Positions 28,251 to 37,194 of a stretch of DNA of 64,000 nucleotides are shown here, piece by piece. The DNA is taken from positions 12,348-76,347 of the forward strand of contig JAAXKB010000008.1 in the NCBI GenBank assembly GCA_012269545.1, read 5' to 3'. Under the pieces are notes generated by a model that saw only the letters and a program-made list of their open reading frames with translations, was not told the origin of the DNA and made no database searches. A program made the position numbers and the translations under genes. Origin of the DNA: Gammaproteobacteria bacterium (GTDB lineage Bacteria > Pseudomonadota > Gammaproteobacteria > Pseudomonadales > Azotimanducaceae). Within the stretch, counting starts at the first letter, position 1. Every line of letters starts with the position of its first letter.

Positions 28251-28901
28251 ATGCCTCACGATCGAGAAAAAAATCCCGATATCGGCCCGGATGGCACTTC
28301 GGGTGACGAATTAAATGGCGACTTCAGCGATTTTGCGTCGGCGATGAAGGGTGTTGAGCCGCTTAGCAAGGGTAAACAAACGCTGAGTCCTCCGGTACCT
28401 AAAAGCGCCGCAGAGCAGGAGTTGCGACGTAAGTCAGCAGAAGAATTTCAAAGCGAAGAAGACCAGTCGAATTTCTTAACCCTAGGTGAGGTCGAATTAA
28501 GAGACCCATTGGAAGCTCTTGAGTGGCGTCAGGACGGGATTCAGCTCGCGGTATTCAATAAGCTGCGCAAAGGCGGTTACGAGATCGCCCGAGAGTTGGA
28601 CTTGCATCAAAGAACGGTCAAGGAAGCGCGGGGTGATATCTATCAACTGATCAAAAAAGCCCATCAAAATAACTGGCGCTGCGTACTGATCAGCCACGGC
28701 AAGGGCCTGCGCAGCGCCACGCCTGCCCGGCTGAAGAGCTACGTCGCGCACTGGTTAATCCAGCACCCGCTGGTGCTGGCCTATTGCTCCGCTCAACGCA
28801 ATAAAGGCGGTGTCGGATCTGTCTATGCGCTGATCAAGAAGTCAGCAGAAAGCCGGGAAGAAAACCGCGAGCGGTTCGGTCAAAAAAGCGACGTACCGTA
28901 G
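28251..28901 (+). CDS. smrA: Smr-domain DNA endonuclease, SmrA-like
   Basis: C-terminal Smr domain (ELDLHQRTVKEARGDIYQLI...CVLISHGKGLRS...LKSYVAHWL...AYCSAQRNKGGVGSVYALIKK), collinear with E. coli SmrA as I recall it. Start moved to MPHDREK at 28251. Confidence 0.8.
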   Translation: MPHDREKNPDIGPDGTSGDELNGDFSDFASAMKGVEPLSKGKQTLSPPVPKSAAEQELRRKSAEEFQSEEDQSNFLTLGEVELRDPLEALEWRQDGIQLAVFNKLRKGGYEIARELDLHQRTVKEARGDIYQLIKKAHQNNWRCVLISHGKGLRSATPARLKSYVAHWLIQHPLVLAYCSAQRNKGGVGSVYALIKKSAESREENRERFGQKSDVP

Positions 28902-28910
28902 CGTCTCACC

Positions 28911-29234
28911 CTAGTCGCAGCGATAGGCTTTAAAGCGTGCTGTGCCGCCCTCTACGCTGCCGGTTTGCACCAGATCCGTGGCGCCCAGCTCAGCGGCGCG
29001 ATTGCGGGCCAATACGATCAGCTCCTCCTTAACTTTGCCAGTGTTGCGATCGAGCAGCACCTTGTCCGCGGTCTGACTGGATACGTCGCCAACCAGCGTG
29101 CAGGCACTCACCGCATCGGGTGAACTTTGGTTTACCCGGCTGCCTGCTTCGCTGAGGGAGACGTAGGCGCAACCGCTAAGGCTTATGCCCAGCAACAGCG
29201 ATATGGCGAAAGGGTTTAAGGTCTTGAATTTCAT
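28911..29234 (-). CDS. DUF4156-like lipoprotein
   Basis: Lipobox signal peptide (LLLGISLSGC). 107 aa with C-terminal ...ARFKAYRCD. Confidence 0.65.
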   Translation of the reverse strand: MKFKTLNPFAISLLLGISLSGCAYVSLSEAGSRVNQSSPDAVSACTLVGDVSSQTADKVLLDRNTGKVKEELIVLARNRAAELGATDLVQTGSVEGGTARFKAYRCD

Positions 29235-29285
29235 AGTGTCTTTCTCTTGTTACGAATCGATAGTTACGTGATCAATGGAGTGGGA

Positions 29286-30392
29286 TCAGATGCGACCCTT
29301 CCCTAATTCCAAAATACCTCGGCCAATGTTTAAGCGCAGTACATCGCTGGCACCTTCCGCTAAGCGCCAGGCACGAACTTTTTTGTACAAAACGGCCAGC
29401 GGGTGATCGTCCACCAGCGCGTTACCGCCTACGAGCTGAATTGCCGTATCCACGGCCTCGCCTATGCACTCGGTAGCAAACACTTTACAGGCCATGCCCT
29501 CGTTGACGATATTTTCGCCTTGGTCCGCCAGCCGAGCGGTGCGGTAGAGCATGCTGCGCGCAGCGAAGGCCTTAATGCGCAGATCGGCGTAGTGCCAACG
29601 CACCACGTCTTTCTCTCCTCGTGCGGCACCGTCCTTGTCGGGGCTTTGCAGATGCGACTGCAGCAAATCCATGACCCAGATGAGATAGCCGCAGGCCTGC
29701 GCGGCGAATAATAAACGTACGTCGCCAATTTGCCGCATGGCCTTGGGCAGCCCTTGGCCAGGTTCGCCAATGACGTGAGTGACTGGGACATCGGCGTTCT
29801 CAAAACGAAATGCCGCGTGGTGGCTGCCGTCGAGCGAGTTGAAGCGTTTATCTAGGATTACACCCTCGGTGTGCGTATCGATGACCACCATGGAGGGGCC
29901 ATGACCTTCGATTCGGACGAGGGTGTTGATGAAGTCGGCTTCGGCGCCACCGGTGACGTAAGATTTTTGGCCGTCAATGATCAATCGTTCGCCCTTGATG
30001 ACGCCTCGTGTAGGCTTCGCATCATCCGGTTCGGTAAAGCCAAAGCTGCCGCGCTTTTCGCCCGCGAGCAGGGGGGCGAGATGCGTTGATGCCAAGGGTT
30101 CGCCGACATGACCCAGTACCCCTGCGCCCGGTCCGAATACCGCATCCAGCGCCGGTGGATTGGCGGCAGCGAGTGTCTCTCGGGCCACGCAAAGAGCCAG
30201 CTGTCTTGCGTCTTTTGAGATCGCGCTGTCAGGCTGGGTCAGGCCGAACAAACCGGCCTGTTTAGATGCGGCTCTGACTTTTTTAGCGGCATCGCCGTGA
30301 TCGACATCGGCTAATGGCAGCATATGTTCGCGGGCGAAAGCTGCACATTGATCTCGCAGGGCCTTCAATTGTGGGTTGAGTTGTTCAGGCAT
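29286..30392 (-). CDS. acyl-CoA dehydrogenase family protein
   Basis: ACAD C-terminal region with the canonical catalytic-base context retained (RAWRLAEGASDVLRLNIGR). Confidence 0.85.
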   Translation of the reverse strand: MPEQLNPQLKALRDQCAAFAREHMLPLADVDHGDAAKKVRAASKQAGLFGLTQPDSAISKDARQLALCVARETLAAANPPALDAVFGPGAGVLGHVGEPLASTHLAPLLAGEKRGSFGFTEPDDAKPTRGVIKGERLIIDGQKSYVTGGAEADFINTLVRIEGHGPSMVVIDTHTEGVILDKRFNSLDGSHHAAFRFENADVPVTHVIGEPGQGLPKAMRQIGDVRLLFAAQACGYLIWVMDLLQSHLQSPDKDGAARGEKDVVRWHYADLRIKAFAARSMLYRTARLADQGENIVNEGMACKVFATECIGEAVDTAIQLVGGNALVDDHPLAVLYKKVRAWRLAEGASDVLRLNIGRGILELGKGRI

Positions 30393-30401
30393 CTCCGCTC
30401 C

Positions 30402-30776
30402 TTAAACGTTCGGGGCAATGGTGAGAACGACAATAATCAAGGTGAGAAATACCATGGCGCCCACGCTGTAAAACAACAGAGATTCGCGCTGGACATTTTT
30501 CTGCACCAGTGCCTCCACTTCTTCGTGGCTGCGTGCCGATGTACTGGACGTTATCCGATAGCGTGTAACATCACCTGCGCGGCTGGGTAGTTTGACGAAT
30601 AGTTCCGGGGTGGCGTCTAAGCGCCTAGCGACTTCAGCAAAACTGATACCCGTGTGCTTGGCGATTTGGGTCGGATGCAGGGCAGGGCTACCCTGCTCGA
30701 TAAAGCAGTAGTAGATGTCGAGCAGTAGCCGCGACTTGCCGCGGAAGCGAAACTCCAAGTTAGGTATGCCGAACAT
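30402..30776 (-). CDS. hypothetical winged-helix-like protein with C-terminal transmembrane anchor
   Basis: HTH-like segment (HPTQIAKHTGISFAEVARRLD) and a C-terminal TM helix (LLFYSVGAMVFLTLIIVVLTIA). Ends 10 nt upstream of the ACAD gene. Start set to MFGIPN at 30776. Confidence 0.5.
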   Translation of the reverse strand: MFGIPNLEFRFRGKSRLLLDIYYCFIEQGSPALHPTQIAKHTGISFAEVARRLDATPELFVKLPSRAGDVTRYRITSSTSARSHEEVEALVQKNVQRESLLFYSVGAMVFLTLIIVVLTIAPNV

Positions 30777-30835
30777 GCGTGTATCCGTTGATAAAGTCCC
30801 AGTATAGACCAACCCAGCCCTGACTCTGTATGGCC

Positions 30836-31771
30836 TTAGCGTGTGCCAACGAGCATAGCGCGCAGCGGTGCAGGTAACCCCTCCACAGTCAGCGAGGCGT
30901 CATGAGGGTCCAACGATTTGTCCAGCGACTCGAAACGCATCCAAGGCGTCGAGCGTTGCTCGTTGGTAGTGGTGGGGCTCAGGTCGATGAGCTCAATGTT
31001 TTGATAACCCGCATCTACCATCCATTGTCGCAGGTCCACCAAGTTTGGAATGACCCCGATGTTACGCATTCGGGCATAGCGGCCGTTGGGATACAGGCTG
31101 TCTTGCGCGTCCACAACCAAGGTTTCCATAACGCACCTGCCGCCTTCTTCGGTCAGCCCATACATTTGTTTCAGGTGCTCGCGTGGGTTTTTGCGATGAT
31201 ACAGCACGCCCATACTCAGCACCCAATCGAAGCGATGGGTTGCCGTTACCTCTTCAACGCCAAGCGGTAGAACCCAATGATTGGGGTGATCTAACAACCG
31301 CTGCATTGCGCGGTGCTGCATGCAAAATACGAGAGTAGGGTCGATGCCCACAACCGCTTCCGCGCCAGCGCCAAGCATGCGCCAGCCGAAGTAACCGTTG
31401 CCACAGCCAATGTCGAGTATGCGCTGGTCATCAAGCGCACCCATGGCGGGCGCCAATCGGTCCCATTTCCAGTCCGAATGCCATTCGCTATCAATGTGCA
31501 CGGACCCCAACTGAAAGGGCCCCTTACGCCAAGGATGCAAAGCCTGCAGGCAGCGCTCTAATTGTTTGATCTGTTCCGCGCTGGCATCAGTGAAGTCGCA
31601 GCCTACCGCCGCCTGTGACAGGTGCAGAGTCCCAGTCTGAATAGCAGGCATCTCATCAATGGCAAGCTGCCACCGCGGATAGTCACCGTGCTTCTGTGCG
31701 CTAAAGCGTTGGCGGGCCTCAGCTTCGGGCCAATCGGTCAGCCAAGGCGGCCAGTCACTGGCTTGTGGCAT
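30836..31771 (-). CDS. cmoB: tRNA U34 carboxymethyltransferase CmoB
   Basis: Strong collinearity with E. coli CmoB (DIGCGNGYFGWRMLGAGA..VGIDPT, SMGVLYHRKNPREHL, YARMRNIGVIPN, DPHD..TVEGLPAP). Start uncertain (31771 or 31798). Confidence 0.9.
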   Translation of the reverse strand: MPQASDWPPWLTDWPEAEARQRFSAQKHGDYPRWQLAIDEMPAIQTGTLHLSQAAVGCDFTDASAEQIKQLERCLQALHPWRKGPFQLGSVHIDSEWHSDWKWDRLAPAMGALDDQRILDIGCGNGYFGWRMLGAGAEAVVGIDPTLVFCMQHRAMQRLLDHPNHWVLPLGVEEVTATHRFDWVLSMGVLYHRKNPREHLKQMYGLTEEGGRCVMETLVVDAQDSLYPNGRYARMRNIGVIPNLVDLRQWMVDAGYQNIELIDLSPTTTNEQRSTPWMRFESLDKSLDPHDASLTVEGLPAPLRAMLVGTR

Positions 31772-32492
31772 GCAACACCATTGTGGGTGAGGCGGCAAAC
31801 GAAACCCAATTCATGCAGTGGAACCATTGAACGACGTCTTTGAAACCAGCTAGGAGCAGCCTCTCATGGTGTGTTTGCGGACTCTCGACGCGCATAACAT
31901 TCTCTAAAGCCTGTCGTTTCTGGCTGACCTCAAGCCTGCTGTAACCGTTTGCGCGTTTCCATGCCAGATGCGTGGAGTCGTAAAAGCCTTGAACCTGAGG
32001 GTTCTCGTCCTGCACTTTCTCCGACAAGATGACTAGTCCCGCCGGGTCCATCTCCTTGGCGATACGCTGCAAAAGTTCAGATCGGCTTTTTACCGGTAAA
32101 AACTGGACAACGAAGTTAAGCATTACGACCTTGGCGTCGGTAACTTTTGTCGTAAGCAGGTCATCGCAGTGAAACGTGATGCGAGGGTCGTCGATCGTAC
32201 GTTTGGCCTGGTCGATCATGGCGGCTGAGCTATCAACCCCGATCACTCGAATATCGGGGCTGGAACATTGGGACAGCAAAGCCACGGAACTGGCGCCCAG
32301 TGAACAGCCCAAATCAAATGCTGTACCGGTCGCTCCCAAGTGTCGTGCCGCCATCAGGCCGCCCATGGGGATGATCAGTTCGTAACCCGGCACCGAGCGG
32401 CGAATCATGTCTGGGAAAACGGTGACGACGTCTTCGTTGAACGCGAAGTCAACAATATGACCCTGTGGTTTGACGAATACTCGATCTTTCAT
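31755..32492 (-). CDS. cmoA: carboxy-S-adenosyl-L-methionine synthase CmoA
   Basis: FPDMIRRSVPGYE and DLGCSLGAS motifs, collinear with E. coli CmoA. Start moved to MKDRVFV at 32492. Confidence 0.9.
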   Translation of the reverse strand: MKDRVFVKPQGHIVDFAFNEDVVTVFPDMIRRSVPGYELIIPMGGLMAARHLGATGTAFDLGCSLGASSVALLSQCSSPDIRVIGVDSSAAMIDQAKRTIDDPRITFHCDDLLTTKVTDAKVVMLNFVVQFLPVKSRSELLQRIAKEMDPAGLVILSEKVQDENPQVQGFYDSTHLAWKRANGYSRLEVSQKRQALENVMRVESPQTHHERLLLAGFKDVVQWFHCMNWVSFAASPTMVLHATSQ

Positions 32493-32638
32493 GATAAATC
32501 CTGTCATTTTCGAGGGCTTTGTAACACAAAACACATGGCTTACTGCTAACGTAAATCAGGTGCAAGTAACGTATCCGGTAGCGGCGTGGCCTCCACAGAT
32601 TCTGGCAGTTCAAGTTATTACCTCAACCGAGAGCTCTC

Positions 32639-32866
32639 TCAGCTGGAGTTTGCTCGCGCGCTCACGTCATGGTTGAGTAGGCCTTCGTCGGTAAGGCCCT
32701 CGGCCAAACGCACCATTTCCTTGTGTTTGTCGATGACTTGGATTCGGCCCTGAATCTCTTGTGCTATGAGCAGGTGGAAACTGTTTGACCCCAAATCTAA
32801 GGCGGCTAGCTGATGACTGTCGTTGCCCAGTGATGCGGCCCTGCTTTGTGGCGACAATTTACTCAT
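32639..32866 (-). pseudogene. truncated N-terminal fragment (75 aa) of an exopolyphosphatase / pppGpp phosphohydrolase (Ppx/GppA family)
   Basis: The ORF encodes the Ppx/GppA N-terminal phosphate-1 motif (AALDLGSNSFHLLIA) and QVIDKHKEMVRLAEGL, then stops. Full-length family members are about 300-500 aa. The sequence downstream, up to cmoA, shows no further homology in any frame that I can see. Confidence 0.65.
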
Positions 32867-34710
32867 GCTCTGTTTTCAAGTGGAGGAAGCGGACACCCTA
32901 AAGCAGTCGCTACCCCCTTGATCACGGCAAACTCGTCAGCGGTCAGTTTGCCATCGGCGTTTACGACATGGGCACAGGCGTCGATGAATCGTTGTGTTAG
33001 GTCGGTTTTAAGGTCGCGCAGTTTATCCAGCGCCTGATTCAGCTCTCGATAGTCGAAGTAATCGAGGCGGGTCATAGATTGCCGGCCGCCCCAGTGTGCG
33101 AGGCCGCGTCGATAGGCCAACTGCCGTTCATCATCACTGCTGCTTCCGAGCGTTGCCAGTAGCGACAAGACCAGGCCAACTTGCTTTTGCACTTTGTTGG
33201 CCCGACTGATTCGACCGCTGCCGCGAAATGGCCTGACGAAGTGGGCATAAAGCTCTTGAGTGAGCACACGATGTGCGACCCATTCAAAAATGTCCACCGA
33301 CTGGTCGGCGACGATAAGCTTGCCGATGAGATCGTAAAAACGCTGGTATTGCTGCTTTGACATCTCTTTCAGCGTTGGTATGGCTTGGTCGAGATGTAAG
33401 AGCTTATGTTGTTTGTCCTGCCGCCGAACGTTTTGATAGATACCCGGTACCAAGCCCGGAACGCCGGCTTCGGCAAGCTGAGAAATGAGTTCAAGCTGGC
33501 TATTGCGGATTTGGGCATCTTCACTAAGTAGCATGGCGTAAACCAAGGCTCTTGCCTCAAAAGTGTCGTGGCTGGCTTGGCTTAGTTCTGCATTTGCTGT
33601 CGTGATCAGGTGTCGGGCTGCATCGACATTGGCGCTGCCGCTGAACTGACTGACTGGCTCGGCACTGGCGACTCCTGCGAAGCTGGAAGAGCCTGCGGCT
33701 CCGGGGTTTTGGTTTCGGGTTGCACCCTGTTTGCGCGGTTTCCAGGTTGGATCCAGTGCGCGAATGCGTGCGTCCAATGGCGGGTGGGTTGCCATCATAC
33801 TGCTGAAAGATTTGATGGCGCCGAAGAATAGGTGACTGTTTTCGTCCGCCTTAGGGGACTCAATGTGAGAGCCGCTGCTGTGTGCACCAATCTTCTTTAG
33901 GGCATTGGCAATACCTTGCGAAGATCGCGTGAACTGGACAGCACTGGCATCAGCCAGATATTCACGTTGCCGGCTGACCGCCGCCTTAATGAGCTGCCCG
34001 AAGAATGTGCCGCCATAGCCAATGATCAGCAGGCCAATGCCAAGAGCGATCAGCCCTCCGCGGTCACGGGAGCGGCTGAACATGGAGCCGCGCATCAAAC
34101 CGCCGCCAATAATGCCCAAGATCAGAATGCCGTTGAGTAAGGCAATGATGCGCAGATTTATACGCATGTCACCGTTCAAGATATGACTGAATTCGTGGGC
34201 AACAACGCCCTGTAATTCCTGTCGGTTGAGCAAATCAATGGTGCCTTGATTGATGCCGATTACGGCGTCGTGAATGCCAAAACCTGCGGCAAAGGCATTA
34301 ATGCTGTTCTCGCGGATTAAGTACACGGGCGGTACGGGCATTCCAGCGGCGATCGCCATTTCTTCAACAACGTTGAGCAATTGGCGCTGTTGAGAGTCAC
34401 GAGTATTTTGGTGAATCAGCACGCCGCCAAGAGACTCCGCGACGGCTTTTCCTCCGCCCTGCAAGGCCAAAAATTTGAACCCACTGGCAACGGCAATTAG
34501 GCCGATAACTCCCGCACTAGTGTACAGCCACAGCTCTTTGGGAGCGTTGGCGATTTGCTCGGTGAGGGACATGCCCGGGGGGCTGGCGGTAAAAAACAGC
34601 AGCACCAGCAAATTAGTCAGAATGACCAAGGACACCACTGCTGCGATAAAGAGCAAGGTCAGCAGGCGGGTGTTCTGCCGGGCCTTGTTTTGCGCCTGAA
34701 AAAAGTTCAC
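32863..34710 (-). CDS. M48 family zinc metallopeptidase with long C-terminal extension
   Basis: N-terminal TM helices, HExxH (VAHEFSHILNGD) and downstream REYLADASAVQFT. About 270 aa of extra C-terminal sequence. Lies 3 nt after the LemA gene. Confidence 0.8.
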   Translation of the reverse strand: MNFFQAQNKARQNTRLLTLLFIAAVVSLVILTNLLVLLFFTASPPGMSLTEQIANAPKELWLYTSAGVIGLIAVASGFKFLALQGGGKAVAESLGGVLIHQNTRDSQQRQLLNVVEEMAIAAGMPVPPVYLIRENSINAFAAGFGIHDAVIGINQGTIDLLNRQELQGVVAHEFSHILNGDMRINLRIIALLNGILILGIIGGGLMRGSMFSRSRDRGGLIALGIGLLIIGYGGTFFGQLIKAAVSRQREYLADASAVQFTRSSQGIANALKKIGAHSSGSHIESPKADENSHLFFGAIKSFSSMMATHPPLDARIRALDPTWKPRKQGATRNQNPGAAGSSSFAGVASAEPVSQFSGSANVDAARHLITTANAELSQASHDTFEARALVYAMLLSEDAQIRNSQLELISQLAEAGVPGLVPGIYQNVRRQDKQHKLLHLDQAIPTLKEMSKQQYQRFYDLIGKLIVADQSVDIFEWVAHRVLTQELYAHFVRPFRGSGRISRANKVQKQVGLVLSLLATLGSSSDDERQLAYRRGLAHWGGRQSMTRLDYFDYRELNQALDKLRDLKTDLTQRFIDACAHVVNADGKLTADEFAVIKGVATALGCPLPPLENRA

Positions 34711-34713
34711 CGG

Positions 34714-35304
34714 CTAGAAAGACACTTTGGGGGCAGCTTGAATTTCTTGGGAATCCTCGAATTCAAGGAGAGCGGCGTCGTTACCAAAGCCGAAGGTGCT
34801 GGCAAAAAGTACCGGTGGAAATGAACTTCGGTAAGTATTGAATTCGGTGACCTGATCGTTGAAGGCCTGTCGTGCAAACGCCACCTTGTTTTCAGTAGTG
34901 GTCAGTTCCTCCGACAGTTGGGTCATGTTGGCACTGGCCTTGAGATCCGGATAGGCCTCCATAGTGACGTTAAAGCGGCTCATCGCACCGCTAAGAATGC
35001 CTTCCGCACCTGCCAACTCCTTGATGGCATTGGCATCGCCGGGGTTGCCTGCGGCTGCGGCAAGTCCGGCAGCCGCGTCATTGCGGGCGCTTATTACCGC
35101 CTCAAGTGTTTCGCGCTCATGGCTCATATAGGCCTTGGCTGTTTCGACTAGATTAGGGATCAGGTCATAGCGCCGTTTGAGCTGTATCTCAATCTGCGAA
35201 AAACCGTTTTCGTGCCGGTTTTTCAGTTCAACCAGTTGGTTGTAAATTCGCGCGACCCAAAAAGCCAGCAGCGCCAGCACGATTAAAATAATCACAAGTT
35301 CCAT
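34714..35304 (-). CDS. lemA: LemA family protein
   Basis: N-terminal TM helix plus LemA sequence (YNQLVELKNRHENGFSQIEIQLKRRYDLIPNLVETAKAYMSHERETLEAV). Confidence 0.9.
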   Translation of the reverse strand: MELVIILIVLALLAFWVARIYNQLVELKNRHENGFSQIEIQLKRRYDLIPNLVETAKAYMSHERETLEAVISARNDAAAGLAAAAGNPGDANAIKELAGAEGILSGAMSRFNVTMEAYPDLKASANMTQLSEELTTTENKVAFARQAFNDQVTEFNTYRSSFPPVLFASTFGFGNDAALLEFEDSQEIQAAPKVSF

Positions 35305-35461
35305 GAAAACCCCTTGGGAGATGCCCGTTAGATCGTTTTTTTATCATGCGGTTTTAGGTGAACAAAGTAAAAATTCTGCGGTGCAGCCGCAGCGATTTCA
35401 CGACATATCGAAACCTTTAATGGTTCGATATAGTCCGACAACAGATGTTTTAGGAATCCTA

Positions 35462-35953
35462 ATGAGTGAGCCGATCGCAGCCTTTGATCAAACCGCCTTT
35501 CGTCAGACGATGGGAAACTTTGCCACAGGCGTTGTCGTCGTTACGGGTCTACCGGACGGGGAGCCTGTCGGGTTTGCCGCCCAGTCCTTTGTCTCGTTGT
35601 CGCTTGAGCCGCCGCTGGTGGCATTTAGTCCCGGTAAGTCGTCGTCCAGTTGGCCAAGGATTCGTCAGAGCGGCAGCTTTGGCATCAATATCCTAGGTCA
35701 GGACCAGCAGGACGTTTGTGTTGACATGGCTCAGTCCGGAACAGATAAGTTTGCCAACGTCAGTTGGCGTTCTGGTACGACGGGAGCGCCAATGTTAGAA
35801 GACGTGTTGGCCTTTGTTGAATGTTCCATCGAGGCGGAGCATGACGCGGGCGATCATACGATTGTGGTGGGCCGAGTATTGGGCCACCAACGCGTCAGAA
35901 ATCAAGCGGCGCCCTTGCTGTATTTTAGAAGCGCATACGGTTCTTTCGCTTAG
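35462..35953 (+). CDS. flavin reductase family protein (NAD(P)H:FMN oxidoreductase, RutF/HpaC-like)
   Basis: FRQTMGNFATGVVVVTG ... GFAAQSFVSLSLEPPLV is typical of the flavin reductase domain. Start moved to MSEPIAAF at 35462. Confidence 0.85.
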   Translation: MSEPIAAFDQTAFRQTMGNFATGVVVVTGLPDGEPVGFAAQSFVSLSLEPPLVAFSPGKSSSSWPRIRQSGSFGINILGQDQQDVCVDMAQSGTDKFANVSWRSGTTGAPMLEDVLAFVECSIEAEHDAGDHTIVVGRVLGHQRVRNQAAPLLYFRSAYGSFA

Positions 35954-36025
35954 TCCTGCGGTACAGGGGCGGCAGAAGAGCCATCGGAGAAAAAGTAACG
36001 AGCCGAAAGACCTAGGAGGGGAATC

Positions 36026-37141
36026 ATGAAGCTACAAAGTCGTGTCTGCGAGATTCTGCAGATTGAACAGCCGATCGTGTTGGCGGGTATGGGCGGTGCG
36101 AGCAGTCCTGCACTGGCGGCGGCAGTGTCTAACGCCGGTGGTCTGGGAGTACTGGGAGCAGCAGCCTGCGGCCCACGTCAGTTGCGGCAATGGATTCGTC
36201 AAACCCGCGAAATGACAGATAAGCCGTTTGGCGTGGACACCTTGTTACCCGCTTCGGTGCGTCGGGCCAACTACGAAGACAGTGATGGTCCAACGCCACG
36301 TGATTTGTTGCCAGAGCGCCAAGCCTTTGCGGAAGAATTTATGCGCAAAGAAGGTTTGGAGCCGCCTGCAGGTCAACCACCTCGGCAGGAAGAAGATGGG
36401 CCACCGCTGTTTACGCAGGCGTTTTTTGAAGCGCAGATGGAAGTGATCATTCAGGAGCGGATTCCCGTATACGCATCGGGTTTGGGTAATCCCGGGCCGT
36501 GGATGGATGAACTGCGTGCGAATGGCACTAAGGTTATGGCGGTAGTAGGTGCGGTTCGGCATGCGATTCAGGTGAAATCCTCTGGTCTCGATATCATCGT
36601 GGCACAGGGTCATGACGGCGGAGGCCACAACTCGCCAGTGGGTACCATGGCACTGATTCCTCAGGTGGTTGATGCCGTTGGTGATACGCCAGTGTTGGGT
36701 GCCGGCGGGATTTCGGATGGCCGCGGTGTCGCTGCGGCGCTGATGCTTGGAGCGGAAGGCGTTTGGGTTGGTTCTGCATTCCTCGCCTCTGAGGAAGCGA
36801 ATATTTTCGACTTCCAGAAGCAGGCTATCGTTGACGCGACCGAAGAGGGGACGTCGGTATCGCGCACGGTAACGGGTAAACCAGCCCGAATTATCCGTTC
36901 CAAATGGACCGAGCACTGGTTACGTGAGGACGTAGAGCCGCTGCCCATGCCCTATCAGGGGATGATTTCCGGTCCAGTCATGGCCGCCGCAAATAAGGGA
37001 GAACGGGGTGATGTGAACCCGGGCTTTGCGGGTCAAGGTATTGGCATGATCAAGTCGGTTCGCCCTGCCAAAGAAATCTTTGACGAGCTGGTGTGGGGAG
37101 CCGAGCAGGCACTGTCTGGAACAACAAACCTGATGCGCTAA
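36026..37141 (+). CDS. nitronate monooxygenase (NMO / 2-nitropropane dioxygenase-like) family FMN protein
   Basis: NMO family blocks (IEQPIVLAGMGGASSPALAAAVSNAGGLGVLG, IVAQGHDGGGHN, GAGGISDGRG). Confidence 0.85.
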   Translation: MKLQSRVCEILQIEQPIVLAGMGGASSPALAAAVSNAGGLGVLGAAACGPRQLRQWIRQTREMTDKPFGVDTLLPASVRRANYEDSDGPTPRDLLPERQAFAEEFMRKEGLEPPAGQPPRQEEDGPPLFTQAFFEAQMEVIIQERIPVYASGLGNPGPWMDELRANGTKVMAVVGAVRHAIQVKSSGLDIIVAQGHDGGGHNSPVGTMALIPQVVDAVGDTPVLGAGGISDGRGVAAALMLGAEGVWVGSAFLASEEANIFDFQKQAIVDATEEGTSVSRTVTGKPARIIRSKWTEHWLREDVEPLPMPYQGMISGPVMAAANKGERGDVNPGFAGQGIGMIKSVRPAKEIFDELVWGAEQALSGTTNLMR

Positions 37142-37166
37142 CAAACGCCGATAGCGCCGGGAATTA

Positions 37167-37189
37167 GGGGCCGCTGAGCGGCCCCGTTT
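37167..37189. terminator. GC-rich hairpin between convergent genes (probable bidirectional terminator)
   Basis: GGGGCCGC-TGA-GCGGCCCC is a perfect 8-bp stem followed by GTTT. It sits between the NMO stop (37141) and the LLM stop (37195). Confidence 0.6.
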
Positions 37190-37194
37190 CCGGA

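Noticed and set aside
36245-36916. 223-aa minus-strand ORF
   Set aside because: It is antisense to the nitronate monooxygenase-family gene. Arg-rich shadow ORF.
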